Part shown: positions 17,862 through 30,489 of the stretch, piece after piece | How the letters are laid out: each line of letters starts with the position of its first letter | Numbering within the stretch: the stretch's first letter is position 1 | Source of the DNA: Nitrospirota bacterium | Lineage (GTDB): Bacteria; Nitrospirota; UBA9217 | Direction of reading: 5' to 3' | NCBI GenBank assembly: GCA_963818475.1 | Contig: CAWFSF010000005.1 | Location: 320,001-384,000 of the forward strand | Length of the DNA stretch: 64,000 nucleotides | Program-made: the position numbers and the translations under genes | Notes under the pieces: generated by a model | Told to the model about the DNA's origin: nothing | The model's database searches: none | Seen by the model: the letters and a program-made list of their open reading frames with translations, nothing else

Positions 17862-19498
17862 TCAGCTCTCGCACGCAAGCTTCGCAAGCTCCTCCGAAAA
17901 CATCTCGAAATTGACCGAATAATCTACCGGGCATTCGATCACGACGAGCTTCTTCAGGGCAAAAGCGTCCCGCAGGACCTTCGTAAGATCGTCCCCTTCG
18001 CGCACCTTCACCCCCACCGCGCCGAAGCTCTCGGCGTATTTCGCAAAATCGGGATTCCGGTAATCGAGGCCGAAGGCCGGGAATCCCTTGGCCTGCTGCT
18101 CCCACTTGATGAACCCGAAAGCATTGTCGTTCAGGATAAGCACGACCAGCGGGATGTCATATCGGAGGGCTGTTTCCAGTTCCTGCGAATTCATCATGAA
18201 ACCGCCGTCGCCCACCACGGCAAGCACCTTCCGGTCCGGCCGGAGCATTTTCGCGGCGATGCCGGAAGGCAGCCCTGCGCCCATGGTCGCCAGGGCGTTG
18301 TCCAGCAGGAAGGTGTTGGGCTTGTACGTGCGGTACAGCCGCGAGAACCAGAGCTTGTAGATGCCGTTGTCCAGGGTCAGGATGTCCTCGTGCGCCAGGA
18401 CCTCGCGAACGTGCCGGACGATATCCTGCGGCGTCAGTGGGTATTGTTTGTTGAATTCGATCGAAAGTTTTCTGTCCAGGAATTCACGGACCTCCCGGAA
18501 GGTCTTGTCGCTCTTCCGGTCGGCCACCAGTTCTCCCAGCTGCTGCAGCGAGCAGGAGATATCGCCGATGACCTCGATGTCCGGGTTGTAGTACGTGTCC
18601 ACATCAGCGCCGCTGAAATCGATATTGATGATCTTCTTGTCGAGATTTCTGTTCCAGACGTAGGGCGGATATTCAACGATGTTATACCCGATGGTGATGA
18701 TCAGGTCGGCCCGGTCGATGCCGCAGTTGACGTAATCGCGCCGGTGGATCCCGGCTGCGAAGAGGCTGTAGTCCGATGCATCGCTCAGCACGCCTTTTCC
18801 CATCTGCGTGTGCACCACATGGATGCCGGTCTTGTCGATGAACTGCATGAGCTGCTTCGTGATCAGGTTGCGGTTCGCGCCTGACGACAGGATGATGAGC
18901 GGGTGCTTCGCTTTGTTGATCAGGTCGGCGGCGCGCAGGATCGCCTTGCGGTCAGGCGCGGGCCTCCGCACATAGACCCCGTTTCTGGATCTTTGCATTC
19001 GGTCTCGCTTTCGGCCACGTCCTCGGGCAGTTCGATGTGGACCGCGCCCGGACGCTCCGCCTGGGCAAGCTTGAACGCGTTCCGCAGCACCGTGGGGATC
19101 TCGCCCGGATCGATGATGGAAACGGCATCCTTGGTGAGCGGCCGCATGACGCTGACGATATCGATGAGCTGGAAGCGGGCCTGACGGTTCTCGCGCAGCG
19201 CCTTCTGGCCCGAGATGGAAATGAAGGGCGCGCCGATCAGCTGCGCATGGGCGACGCCGGTCACGAGGTTCGTCGCGCCCGGTCCGAGCGTGGAGAAGCA
19301 GACGCCGGCCTTGCCGGTCAGCCTTCCGTAGGTGGCTGCCATGAAAGCGGCTGCCTGTTCATGCCGGGTGATGACGACCTTGATGGACGACGTGCGAAGC
19401 GATTCGAGCAGATCGAGGTTCTCCTCGCCCGGCAGGCCGAAAATATATTCCACTCCTTCTTCTTCAAGCTGCCGCACGAACAGGTCTGATGCTTTCAT
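17862..19498 (-). CDS. Acetolactate synthase large subunit-like TPP enzyme (frameshift near 18990)
   Basis: GLPGEENL, TRHEQAAAFMA, GPGATN; TPP motif GDGGFMMNSQELETA; split over two ORFs. Confidence 0.9.
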
Positions 19499-19556
19499 GA
19501 ACACTCCTGAAAATAAAAGTTACCGCCGAGACACGGAGAAAGGCGAATGGCAACAC

Positions 19557-19649
19557 CTTTGACACGGATCAGCACGGAGAACAGCTATGATAACGGCGGA
19601 TTGAATCCGCATCTATCATATTTAAAATCCGCCCTTATCCGTGTCAAAG
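19557..19649. repeat. Intergenic palindromic repeat
   Basis: CTTTGACACGGAT...ATCCGTGTCAAAG inverted arms with internal CACGGA iterations. Confidence 0.55.
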
Positions 19650-19668
19650 AATTTGTGCTTCTTTCGAT

Positions 19669-21078
19669 CTATTCCCTCACCACGATCGTCTTCACGTTCA
19701 CGAACTCCTTCAGCCCGTGGTGCGACAGCTCCCTCCCGATGCCGGACTTCTTCACGCCGCCGAAGGGCAGCCGCGGGTCCGACTTCACCATGTCGTTGAT
19801 CGTGACGGTCCCCGCCTCGATCCGCGCGGCAAGCCGCTCCGCCCGGCCGATGTTCCTGCTCCAGATCGAAGCGCCGAGGCCGTATTCGGTCCTGTTCGCA
19901 ACCGCGATTGCCTCGTCCTCGTTCTTAACCACGACGATCGGCGCGATGGGGCCGAAGACCTCTTCGGTCAGGACCTTCATGTCCGGCTTCGTATTGATCA
20001 CCGCGCAGGGAGTAAAGAACAAGCCCTTTGGTGAAGGTCTGTCCCGCCATGAGCACCCGGGCCCCTTTCGCCTTCGCGTCGCGCAGCTGCTCTTTCAGGG
20101 CGTCGAGGATGTCCTTCCTGGCAACGGTGCCGATGTCCGTAGACTCGTCCATGGGATCGCCGAGCTTCATCTCCTTGAGCCGCACCATGAAATGCTTCAT
20201 GAACTCGTCAGCCACCTTGTCCATGACGATGAAGCGCTTTGCCGCGATGCAGCTCTGGCCGGTGTTGATCATGCGCGCATTGGCCGCCGTCCTGCCGGCC
20301 TTCTCCACGTCGGCGTCGTCCAGCACGATGTAGGGGTCAGAACCGCCCAGTTCGAGCACGACCTTCTTGATCCTCCTGCCTGCATGAGCGCCGATCTCCT
20401 CGCCTGCCCGGTTGCTGCCGGTAAGCGACACGGCGTCCACCAGGTCGTCGTCAATGAGCCTCAGCGTTTCCTGCACATCGATCAGCACCGTCCTGAACAC
20501 GTTCTCCGGGAAGCCCGCCTTGGTGAATGCCTCCTCGATCGCCAGCGCCGTCTGCGGCACGTTCGACGCGTGCTTCAGCAGCACCACGTTCCCGGCGGTG
20601 ATCGCCGGAACGCCGAAGCGGAAGGCCTGCCAGAACGGGAAGTTCCAGGGCATGACCGCCAGCACCACGCCGAGGGGCTGGAACGTGACGTAGCTCTTCT
20701 TTGCCTCGGTCTTGATCTCCTCCGGGCAGCAGGAACGAAGCGGCGTTTTCGGCATAATAGTCCGCGAGCACGGCGCATTTCTCCACTTCCGCAAGCGCCT
20801 CTTTGATGGGCTTCCCCATCTCCGTGGTGATGAGCTCCGCATAGCGCCGCTTCTCCGCGCGAAGCACCTCAGCCAAGCTTCTTCAGCAACGCCGCCCGGT
20901 CCGCGACGGGCATCTCCCGCCATTTCTGAAAAGCCTCGCGGGACCGGCCCACCTGTCCGTTCAACTCCACCGTGCTCATGACCGGGTACTTTTTCATCAC
21001 CTCTTCGGTGTAGGGATTGATCGACAGGATCTTCGTCGGTCTTTGTTGTGTTTTTGATTTCGCCAGGGTTGCTTTCAT
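19669..21078 (-). CDS. NAD(P)-dependent succinate-semialdehyde dehydrogenase-like ALDH (several frameshifts)
   Basis: SINP, EMGKPI, VMPWNFPFWQ, LELGGSDP, GQSCIAAKR, EEVFGP, PFGGVKKSGIGRE across frames. Confidence 0.88.
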
Positions 21079-21240
21079 CTTTTTCACCCCCTGTTTCGGA
21101 GGGACGAGATTTTTCGATCTGGAACGCAGTGTTCCATACTTCCTGTTCTCAACGCTTTCTTTCTTCCCAGCCATTCCCGTCCTCCAGTTTTTCGTTGCTG
21201 CCTTTAACTCCAAACGACGAACTCCGAACTCCACAACGCA

Positions 21241-22472
21241 TCACGCTCTCTTCTCCATCGGTTCATACACGCACCCGGTCTTTCCGCAGTAGTTCCCGGT
21301 ATAATCCGACGAAGGCCGGTACAGCGCCGGTTTTCCCTGGGCTTCGCCGAACTTCTCCTCGATGATATGCGCGGTCCAGCCTGCGATGCGGGACACGGCA
21401 AAGATCGGCGTCATGAGATCTGCGGGGATGCCCATCAGGTGATAGACCGGCGCGCTGTAGAAGTCCACATTGGGCTTGATCGTGGTCTTGCCCCGCTTCT
21501 CAAACTCGGCGACCGCCGTTTCTTCGATCTGCGTGGAGAGCCGGTGCCACTGTTCCTGGCCGAGCTTCTTGCCGAGCTGTTCTCCCATCTGCTTCAGGAA
21601 TTTCGCACGGGGGTCCGTGGTCTTGTACACCGCATGGCCCATGCCCATGATCTTTTTGACCGCTGTCGAGCTGCTGCCGCACCCACCCGGCGACGTTCTG
21701 TCTCGTTCTGCAGCTCCTGCAGCATCTTCATGACCCGGGCATTGGCGCCGCCGTGCAGGCTCCCGGAAAGGGCCCCCACGCCCGCGGCAACGCCGGCATA
21801 CATGTGCGCCTGCGTTGACACCACCTCGCGGCAGGCAAAGGTCGAGGCATTGAAGGAGTGGTCTGCGTGGAGCACCAGCGCCGTGTCCAGGTCGCGCGAC
21901 CATGTCCGGATCGGGCTTTTCACCCGTGAGCTGCCACAGGAAATTGCCTGCATGGGACAGCGCATTGTCCGGCGGCAGCGGTTCGCGGTCATGCCGTATC
22001 CGCTGCCATGCCGCAACAACAGCGGCGACTCCGGCGATGAGCCGGATCGCCTTCGCGTCATTGGCTTCCCGCGACTCGTCCTGAAGCTCGGGATCGGCCA
22101 TGGCCAGGAGCGGGATCGGCTGCCTGCAGCACATCCATGGGATTTGCGCCATGCGGCAGGTCCTCGCAGCGTTTGCAGAATGAAGCTCGGCAGCGGCCGC
22201 GCCTTCTCCAGCCGCTGCGTAAAGTCCTTGAGCTGCTCTTCGGCAGGCAGCTCGTCATGCAGAAGCAGATAGGCCGTCTCCTCAAAGGTCGAGTTTTCCG
22301 CCAGTTCTTCGATGCGGTATCCCCGGTAGATGAGGATCCCGTTCTCGCCGTCCACGTCGGAGATCCTCGTGTCCGCCACGGTCACGCCGCGCAGGCCGAT
22401 GTTCTTTGTCGCGATGATCCCGGTCCCCGGTTTTTTTAATGCAGGCCTTCTTGATTGAGATTTTGTAGCCAT
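21241..22472 (-). CDS. gltA: Citrate synthase (frameshifted)
   Basis: GLRGV, YRGY.IEEL, LHADHSFNASTF, LHGGAN, MGMGHAVY...DPR, PNVDFYS. Confidence 0.9.
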
Positions 22473-22490
22473 AAATGCCTTCTTTCGTAC

Positions 22491-22514
22491 GGGCGGGTAT
22501 AACCCCGCCCCTAC
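22491..22514 (-). repeat. GTAG-type REP hairpin
   Basis: Minus strand GTAG GGGCGGG GTTATA CCCGCCC between aconitase and gltA. Confidence 0.55.
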
Positions 22515-24476
22515 CGGTTTATATACCGCCTCCACCGCTGTAACTGATCCTTCACATAATTCAACGTCCCGCCCGCCAGCAGATGCTTCCGCTGACGGTC
22601 GGACACGTCCAGTATCGTACAGGATCGTCTGCCCGTCAACCTCCACCGGGATCTCCCGTGTCTCCCTGTTCAATGCGCTTCCGCACCTCCGGAAACCGCA
22701 CCTGCATTCCCTTTTCAATGCGGCTCGTAATCCGCCGGGTTCTTGAAGATCAGCGGCAGGATGCCGAAGTTGCAGAGGTTCGACTTGTGGATGCGGGCAA
22801 AGCTCTTGACGATCTTGGCACGCACCCCGAGATAGCCGGGGCGCAAGCGCCGCATGCTCTCTGCTCGACCCCTGGCCGTAGTTCTCGCCGCCGATGATCA
22901 CAACGGAGCCGGCCGCCCTGCACTCTTTCGCGAAATCCGGGTCGATCTGCGAGAACACGAATTCGCTGATCGCCTCGATGTTCGACCGGAGCGGCAGCAC
23001 CCTGTTCCCGGCAGGCATGATGGCGTCCGTGGAGATATCGTCCCCCACCTTCAGCACCACCTCGGCGCTCAGCGTTTCCGGCAGTGCGTCGAGCTTCGGC
23101 AGCGGTTTGATGTTCGGGCCGCGGACCACCTCGGTCTTCCGGAACTCATCGGACGGGAAAGATCACGGACCGGTCGTCGATCATATAGGCCGCCGGGTCC
23201 GCGATCGTCGGATAGGGCATCATTTTCGCCAGGTCCCGCGGGTCGGTGATCACGCCGGTAAGCGCGGCTGCCGTCGCGGTCTCGGGAGAACAGAGATAGA
23301 CCTTGTCGTCCCTGGTGCCGGACCGGCCGGGGAAATTGCGCGGGAAGGTGCGCAGGCTCACCTCGCCGGTGCCCGGCGCCTGCCCCATGCCGATGCATCC
23401 CTGGCATCCCGGCTCATGCACGCGCGCGCCGGCGGTGAAGAACGTCAGCAGGCCGCCCTGCTGCGCAACATTCTCGATCACCTCGCGGCTTCCGGGATTC
23501 ACGTGGAAGCTGGTGTCCGGATGCACGCGGCGGTCCTTCAAGCATCTTTGCCGATACCATCAGGTCGCGAAAGGATGAGTTCACGCTGCTCCCCACAATG
23601 GCCTGGTCGACCTTGATGCCCGCCACGTCCCGCACCGGCACGACATTCCCCGGCGATGACGGCTTGGCGATCAGCGGTTCGAGCTTCGACAGGTCGATCT
23701 CGTCGTTCTCGTCGTACTCGGCCCCTTCGTCGGCCGCGAGCGGGACCCAGGCATGGCCCCGGCCCTGGGCAACAAGATAGTCCCGCGTCCGTTCATCGGA
23801 GGGAAAGATCGACGTCGTTGCTCCGGTCTCGGTGCCCATGTTGCCGATGGTCTCGCGGTCCGTTGCGGAAAGCGTCTGCACCCCCGGTCCGTAGTACTCG
23901 ATGATCTTGCCCACACAGCCTTTGACGTCGTAGCGTCGCAGCATCTCCAGGACCACGTCCTTGGCGCTCACCCAGTCGGGCAGCCTGCCGATGAGCCTGA
24001 CGCCCAGCACCTTCGGGCAGGGCAGATGATAGGGATACCCCGCCATGGCCAGAGCAACGTCCAGTCCGCCCGCTCCGATGCCGAGCATGGACACGCCGGC
24101 AGCTCCCGGCGTATGGCTGTCCGAGCCGAGCAGCGTCTTGCCCGGGACGCCGAAGCGCTCCATATGCACCTGGTGGGAAACACCGTTGCCCGGCTTGCTG
24201 AAATGGATGCCGTATCGCGCAGCGGCCGTCTGGAGGAACTTGTGGTCGTCGGCGTTCTTGTTGTCGGTCTGCAGCAGGTTGTGGTCGACATACTGGGCAG
24301 CAAGCTCCACCTTGACCCGGTCAAGCCCCAGGGCCTCGAACTCGAGCATGGCAAGCGTGCCCGTTGCATCCTGCAGCAGGGTGTGGTCGATCCTGATGCC
24401 GATCTCTTTGCCGGGAACCAGTTCGCCCTCCAGCCAGGTGGGCTGCCAGTATTTTGTGCGTCAGGTTCTGTTTCAT
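22511..24476 (-). CDS. Aconitate hydratase (frameshifted)
   Basis: [66 protein letters not shown]. Confidence 0.9.
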
Positions 24477-24755
24477 GCCATTTCCTTGTTAATCGGGACA
24501 ACAAAACTCCGCTTTTTCAGGCACATCATTTGTGCGCTGCACGAGATACCATGAACAGTAGAAACCTTTTCCAATTCAATTGTATCACGGAGGGGCAACA
24601 TGTCAACGAGATTTAGCGGGGCTGTCAGCGTCAAGGAATGCGTGGGTGAGTGTGGACCTTCCGGAAGGTAAACAATAGATAAAATAACAGGCGCAGAAAG
24701 AGCGAGCAATCTCTCTGCGGCCATCCCGGTCATCGAAGCGTCGTCACAAAGGATC

Positions 24756-25292
24756 TCAGCGCGGATCAGTTTTTTGCTCCATCATCATCTTCATGCGCTT
24801 CATCTTTCTTTTCTCCCTGATCGCCCTCGTGTCATCGTACATATCTTCATAGGCCATCTTCATCGCCTCTTCAAAGGAGGCCATGATCCCCTGGTTTACC
24901 TTTATGAAGTTCTCGGCATCGCTTTTGCTCTCAAAGGCCCACTTTCCTCGTTTTGACATGACCCCCTGTTTGCTCCCGCCAACCACCCAGAAGGCCTTCT
25001 CCGCATCGATAAGATTTTTACTGTTGAAATCTCCCACCTTAATCGACTTCGGCGATTTGTCGATCTTGTTCGCGAGGTCCACGGCAGCACAGTGAATACC
25101 GCAAAAAGGCACTACCGTTCCATCCTCATATTCGATCAGCATCCGCGAGTAGTCGTAGGTCCCTCTGTCCATCCCGCAGTACACGCAGGCTTTATGAACA
25201 GCAATGTCCTCCTTTGCCTGCTGAGCATAGGCGAGCCCGCCCAGCACGAAACATACGGCGACTACCAGGTTCACGAAACGATCCTTCTTCAT
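24756..25292 (-). CDS. NosL-family (copper-binding) periplasmic protein
   Basis: Signal peptide, CVYCGM, FCGIHC, AFWVVG...GVM, AF....DAENF. Confidence 0.8.
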   Translation of the reverse strand: MKKDRFVNLVVAVCFVLGGLAYAQQAKEDIAVHKACVYCGMDRGTYDYSRMLIEYEDGTVVPFCGIHCAAVDLANKIDKSPKSIKVGDFNSKNLIDAEKAFWVVGGSKQGVMSKRGKWAFESKSDAENFIKVNQGIMASFEEAMKMAYEDMYDDTRAIREKRKMKRMKMMMEQKTDPR

Positions 25293-25436
25293 TGCACGCC
25301 TCCTTATATGAGTTGGTCTGTTGTGCGGCGCTGGCGCCGCCTGTCAAGCTGCAGCATGTTTTGCGCCCTTGAATGAAAAAACAAGGAGAGGATCGTTCCT
25401 CTCCTTGTGCCGGTCCTGCTGCATATTTCACCAGCA

Positions 25437-25862
25437 TCACCGGTGACGTTTCTGCATATGTTCTTCAATGTGCTTGACAAGTTTCTCACGCTGTTCCGGT
25501 GTGAGCATGTCGTGGATCTCCGTGAACTTGGCAGTGATAAAGCTGATCATGTCGTTCGCCTGTGCCTGGTTCTTTTCGGTCAGGGCATTCAGCCTGGTTT
25601 TGTCGATCTCCGCACTTCGCATGAGCTCATTTGCTTCTTTCACGGTCTCTTCGCGCAGTTTTGGCATTTCAGCGCGCTTGGCAAGGAATTCGTTCTTGAT
25701 CTTTTCAAGCTGGGCCTTCTGCACCTCATTCAGGCTGAGCTCCGCTGACATGCGCTTCACCAGGTACTCCGCCCGCTGTTCCGGGGTATGGTGGTAACAT
25801 GCGGCAAGGAACAGGGCAGTCAGCGCTGCCATTACGATCAGGATGATAGAATTCTTCTTCAT
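25437..25862 (-). CDS. Spy/CpxP-family periplasmic lipoprotein
   Basis: LAAC lipobox; LSLNEVQ and LTPEQRE (LTxxQ) motifs. Confidence 0.8.
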   Translation of the reverse strand: MKKNSIILIVMAALTALFLAACYHHTPEQRAEYLVKRMSAELSLNEVQKAQLEKIKNEFLAKRAEMPKLREETVKEANELMRSAEIDKTRLNALTEKNQAQANDMISFITAKFTEIHDMLTPEQREKLVKHIEEHMQKRHR

Positions 25863-25971
25863 GGCTCTCCCTCCTTTTTTGTATTGATCCATAAGATAAG
25901 ACAGAATCTGATATATCCTGCCTGTATCAATTGTAACACAGCTCGGGAATCGATCAGGTTCCTGGCCTTGT

Positions 25972-26703
25972 CTACTGCATCTTCCGAATCCTGACCTCTA
26001 TGCCGGTGTCGTTCTTGAGCAATTCAATAAGCCGGGCGGTGTCCGTATCGCCAAAATGATAGGGGTAGAGCACCCTGGGTTTGAACGCTTTTGCCGCATC
26101 AGCGACCATTTCGGGCGTCATGGTATACGGCAGGTTCATCGGCAGAAATGCGTAGTCGATGTTCCGAAGCGCCTTCATCTCGGGAGTATTCTCCGTATCG
26201 CCGGCAATATAGACCCGGGTGCTGCCGAAGGTCAGCACATAACCGTTGCCCTGCCCTTTGGGGTGGTACGGCTGGCCGTTCTCGCGTTTGTGCACCAGAT
26301 TATAAGCCGGCACTGCCTCGACCATGATCCCCAGGACCTGCCGAACATCGCCATTCTTCATGGTGATGCCGCCAGGCACCTTCTCCGCAGATGCCGCCAT
26401 GAGCACGACCGTGGTTTCCTTTGTGCGTATGGCCTGGAGCGCTCCGGGATCGAGATGGTCCCGATGCTCATGGGTGATCAGGATCGCATCTGCCTTCGGC
26501 AGCATCGCATAATCGGTCAGCTTGCTGAACGGATCGACATAAATGATCTTGCTGCCGAACTTCATCATGAGCGACGCATGGCCGATGAACGTTATCTCCA
26601 GGTCACCGGAAGCTGTTTTGATCACATCTTTTTCAAAGGGCTCCCCGGCCATGGCGGGTGCCGCGCATACCATCAGCAACAGTGCTGCGAGCATGATCTT
26701 CAT
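25972..26703 (-). CDS. MBL-fold metallo-hydrolase, exported
   Basis: GHAS, ITHEHRDHLD, YIAGDT, YPYH. Confidence 0.9.
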   Translation of the reverse strand: MKIMLAALLLMVCAAPAMAGEPFEKDVIKTASGDLEITFIGHASLMMKFGSKIIYVDPFSKLTDYAMLPKADAILITHEHRDHLDPGALQAIRTKETTVVLMAASAEKVPGGITMKNGDVRQVLGIMVEAVPAYNLVHKRENGQPYHPKGQGNGYVLTFGSTRVYIAGDTENTPEMKALRNIDYAFLPMNLPYTMTPEMVADAAKAFKPRVLYPYHFGDTDTARLIELLKNDTGIEVRIRKMQ

Positions 26704-26884
26704 AGTTTCTCCTCGTTCATGTGTCCCTCGGGTCATCGCCCTCGTTCCTTATCGAACATACAGACAAGTTAATTTTATTATAGCATGAGGACAATGCCGG
26801 GCCTGCCGGTCATCCCAAAGGAGTACTGTAATGGGACGAGGTGCGGTATTGTACACAATAAACCGGGCCGGCCCCTGATCTTCC

Positions 26885-26912
26885 TTGACACCTGCGGTGA
26901 ACGAGCTATACT
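26885..26912 (+). promoter_or_regulatory. Sigma70 promoter
   Basis: TTGACA-16-TATACT upstream of the 26981 gene. Confidence 0.6.
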
Positions 26913-26980
26913 TTAATCAGAAAGAGGAGTTGTTTTGTCCTGTTAATCGATTCAGTAAAGATTCACCAAGGAGGAACGCC

Positions 26981-27307
26981 ATGGCAACCGCAATTGAACT
27001 AAAAGAGAAGGTTTACTTCGATGCAGTGTATACCGCGCTCGAAGAGATCAAGATGAAACTATTCGTACTACGGGAGGAACTTGCAAAAACGTACGGAAAG
27101 GACAGCAAGATGTTTCTGGAGCATGAGCGGCATCTGATCGATATGGCAGAGTATATCGACTGGAAGCGTAATGTGCTTGAAAAAGGAACGTCCTTTGACT
27201 GGAAAATTGCGAAAGGGGACAGACCGGACATTGAGAGCGATGTTTCAGTACGGCCACCCGAGAACCGTACGGGACCGGATTTTTCCGGCGGGTATATCGG
27301 TGGGTGA
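26981..27307 (+). CDS. Hypothetical protein
   Basis: Strong RBS AAGGAGG, promoter upstream, terminator downstream; ends DFSGGYIGG. Confidence 0.7.
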   Translation: MATAIELKEKVYFDAVYTALEEIKMKLFVLREELAKTYGKDSKMFLEHERHLIDMAEYIDWKRNVLEKGTSFDWKIAKGDRPDIESDVSVRPPENRTGPDFSGGYIGG

Positions 27308-27334
27308 TAGATGAGCAACTATCGCGTGTTCAAG

Positions 27335-27364
27335 GCCGGCGGCGAAGATACCGCCGGTTTTTTT
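27335..27364 (+). terminator. Rho-independent terminator
   Basis: GCCGGCGG...CCGCCGG hairpin followed by a T run. Confidence 0.7.
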
Positions 27365-27688
27365 ATGTGGGTCCGGTCGGATCAGGTGACGGAAAAGCGT
27401 GATGATAAGCATAGATCCGCCCGGAACGGTTTATGGGGACGTGAGATGACTCAGAATCCTGCCGGGGAATGCCCGGTATGCAAGCTGCCGCTTAAAGAGT
27501 GCCTCTGTTGTCCTGAGTGAGGCCATGTCTGCCCCCTGGACGAGGGGGAAAGTTACTGCCCGATCTGCTCTCCCGATCCGGCATCGCCGGTACGGCCGGA
27601 TCAGGTGGTCAATCCCGACGGCGGGTAGTGCTCATTTTTTGGATAACAAAACAGGAGCTGTTTCAGGTTGCTGCTTTTGACATGAACT

Positions 27689-27952
27689 TTAGAGCTCAAG
27701 TGCTTCCCGGACTTTTTGAGCGACTTCGTCGTCCTGAAGATAGGCAATCGCCTCAATGAAGTCGGCGGGAGCTGCCTTTTTTTTCATATCAGCGGTCAGC
27801 GTATTTATTAACGACTTGCGCTGGGAAAGCGGCAAGGCAAGAATGGCTTTCAGTGTCTCATTCATCGCTGCATTTTCCCGGGCGGCAAGGATCATGGTTA
27901 CAAAACTGGCATTGCCTCCTACTGACCCCGGCTGATTACGAGATGACTTCAT
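27689..27952 (-). CDS. Small hypothetical protein
   Basis: 87-aa ORF with helical composition. Confidence 0.5.
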   Translation of the reverse strand: MKSSRNQPGSVGGNASFVTMILAARENAAMNETLKAILALPLSQRKSLINTLTADMKKKAAPADFIEAIAYLQDDEVAQKVREALEL

Positions 27953-28062
27953 AGTATTCTCTTAGAACACACAGGTGAGAAACTCTGCTTTTCGCATCAT
28001 TCTCAACGCAGTTCTTTTCTTTCTTAATTCGGAAATCCATACGTAAAGCAAACTGACCTATT

Positions 28063-28398
28063 TCAAGGTTCAAATACACTACCCGTCGCGGTCTCGTTCA
28101 CCCAGTCCAGGTACTCCTTCGAGCCCGCGACGATCGGCAGCGCGATGATCTCGGGAACGCTATAGGAGTGGAGCTGTTTCACCCGGTCGATGATCCGGTC
28201 CATGAGCAAGGACCGGCTTTTGCAGATCATGAGCGTTTCCTGCTCGTCCCGGGTCTTGCCGTCCCAGAAGAAGAGGGACCGGACGCCTCCGACGATGTTC
28301 GCGCAGGCGACGAGATGCTCTTCCACGAGCGCCCGGCCGATCTTCGCGGCCTCATCAGCCGAACTCGTTGTGATCATGACAACCACCTCGTCTCCCAT
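28063..28398 (-). CDS. cutA: Divalent-cation tolerance protein CutA
   Basis: LVACANI, S.F.WDG, HSYSVPEIIALP...G...YL.W. Confidence 0.93.
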   Translation of the reverse strand: MGDEVVVMITTSSADEAAKIGRALVEEHLVACANIVGGVRSLFFWDGKTRDEQETLMICKSRSLLMDRIIDRVKQLHSYSVPEIIALPIVAGSKEYLDWVNETATGSVFEP

Positions 28399-28416
28399 GG
28401 CATCCTCCCTGCTGTG

Positions 28417-30489
28417 CTACAGCAGCTTCATATCACCCAGGCCCTTGAGATCCAGGGTCATCATGTACTGTGTCTCGCCGGGCCGTTTGATGTACGAGAC
28501 GCCGAATCCCCAGCACTGCGACGCATAATGCGCACCGTATTCCTGCTGTGTTGTTTTCTTGTTTTCCAGATCGCGCCAGAGCTGCGTATTGAAATGCCAC
28601 TGGTCGACCGTGAAGCCGGCGCCACCGATCAGAAATTCGGTCCGGAGGTTGCCGGGTACCTGACCCACCGGCGTTGCCTTCAGATACCGGTGGGTCACAT
28701 CAAAATTCATCCCCTCGGTGGTCACTCCGAAGCTCAGGTTCGACGACGTAAGGCTGTTCGTGTAGGTATTGTACGTGCCGTTGGCGGAGACGCTCAGCAG
28801 CTTCGGGGTCCTCCAGAAGAGCTCGCCCGTGATCTCGGAGCGGGATTGGGAGGAGGAAATGGTTCCCGCTGACTTCAGTTCATAGGACTGGGCCAAACGG
28901 AAGACCATCATGTCATAGGTGCGGAATCCTGACGCATCCTTATAATGGGCAGTCAGCCGGTTGACCAGCACGGCGGTGACCCTGTTCTGCTTCGTCACCG
29001 TGTCCACGGCATCGAACTGGCGGATATTCGGAAGTCCGGTCGCCGGATCCGTTTGCTCGACCTGCGGTATATAGGAGTACGAGAGGGTCGGTTCGACCGA
29101 GTGCCGTATCCGTCCGATCCCGGACTCGGCATCCTGGCCGTAGACCCGCGAGATGCGGGCATTCAGGTCCGCACCGGCAAAGGAGTAGGTTCGGCTCACG
29201 GGCTCGGCGGCCAGCGCTCCTGCACCTCTGCTGTAGTAGGTCGTCCTCACGCCGGCCCGCGGGGTAAATCCGAGGCCGCCGCCGCCGAATGCCGCGGTGA
29301 GCTGCGGCCCGATATCCACGCGCCGCACGCCGTCGCCCTCCGCCACCGAAAAATTGACTGCCGACCCGTCAAGGCTGAGATGAAGGGGCCCGGCGATCTT
29401 TTCCTGAAATATGGTATAGCGAAGTTCGGGCAGCTTCTGAGGTGTTTCCCTGTTGTCCTGCGTGAGATTGACGGAGTACTGTCCGAGCAGGTACAGGGAG
29501 GCCGTGTCCCAGCGCTCGACATAGAACGCGTTCGAATCAAGATAGGGCAGGGACCGCAGTTCGAGCTTGCGCTCAAGATCACGATAGTAGAACTCGTCGC
29601 TCACGAGCTTGATATCGGCGCGCATCGAAAGGTCTTCGGCGATCTCCTCGTCGTGCTCGAACTTGAACTCCCACCGCGAGGCGGAAGAATGAATGGTGTC
29701 GAAAATAGTTGTAAGAGATGAGGCCCTGGGAGTCCCGGGAATTCACATAGCGGTACTCGATGCCCGTGCCATGGCCGTGCTGGGATCGATAATCGGACGT
29801 AAACGTCATGTCCTGATAATCCGATATGGCCCAGAACAGGGTAATTCTTCATCAGGAAGCCTTCACTGCTGCTGTAGCCGAGCATCGGGCATGAGCAGGC
29901 CGCTCTGCCGCCGCACCGGGAACAGGAGATAGGGCGTATAGAATACGGGCAGCCCGGCCATGTTGAACGAGACGCCGTTCGCCGTGGCATAGCGTTCCAG
30001 GTCGACGTCGATCCGGTCGGCTTTCAGGTACCACTCCTCCTTGTCGCACGTCGAGAACGTTCCGTTCTCGATCCGGTAGACGGTCTCGGAGTCCCGCTCG
30101 ATCTTCTCTCCCTTCAGATGATAGTTGTCCTTCTCCAGAAAGAGATCGCCCTGGGTGATGCTGGCTGCGCCGGTATTGATGTTGACCGTAATATGCTCAG
30201 CGCTGATGACGTCTCCCAGCTGGTTAAGAAACACCTTGCCTTCGGCCACGGCCTCGCCTGTCTTGTTGTTCAGCACGATACGGTCGGCCTGGAGCAGCAT
30301 CCCTTCCTGCTCGATCCTCACGTTGCCGACCGCGGTATAGACATCGCTTGTGCGGTCATAATCGAGCTTGTCCGCATTCACCTTGACCGGAATTTTCTTC
30401 GGTTCCTCGGCGCAGGCATGGCGGGAGAGGCCGGTCAGGATGCCGGTGCTCAGGAGAACGAATACTATGCACATGGTCGCGAACTTCAT
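28417..30489 (-). CDS. lptD: LPS-assembly protein LptD (frameshifted)
   Basis: N-terminal OstA jellyroll (ADKL.Y, A.GNV.I, GTFSTC), PVFYTPY..FP...RQSGLL.P, beta-barrel ending QCWG...LKGLG. Confidence 0.85.

Noticed and set aside
18920-24616. Programmed frameshifting or true pseudogenisation of TCA genes
   Set aside because: Too many shifts across unrelated genes and no consistent slippery motif; sequencing error is simpler
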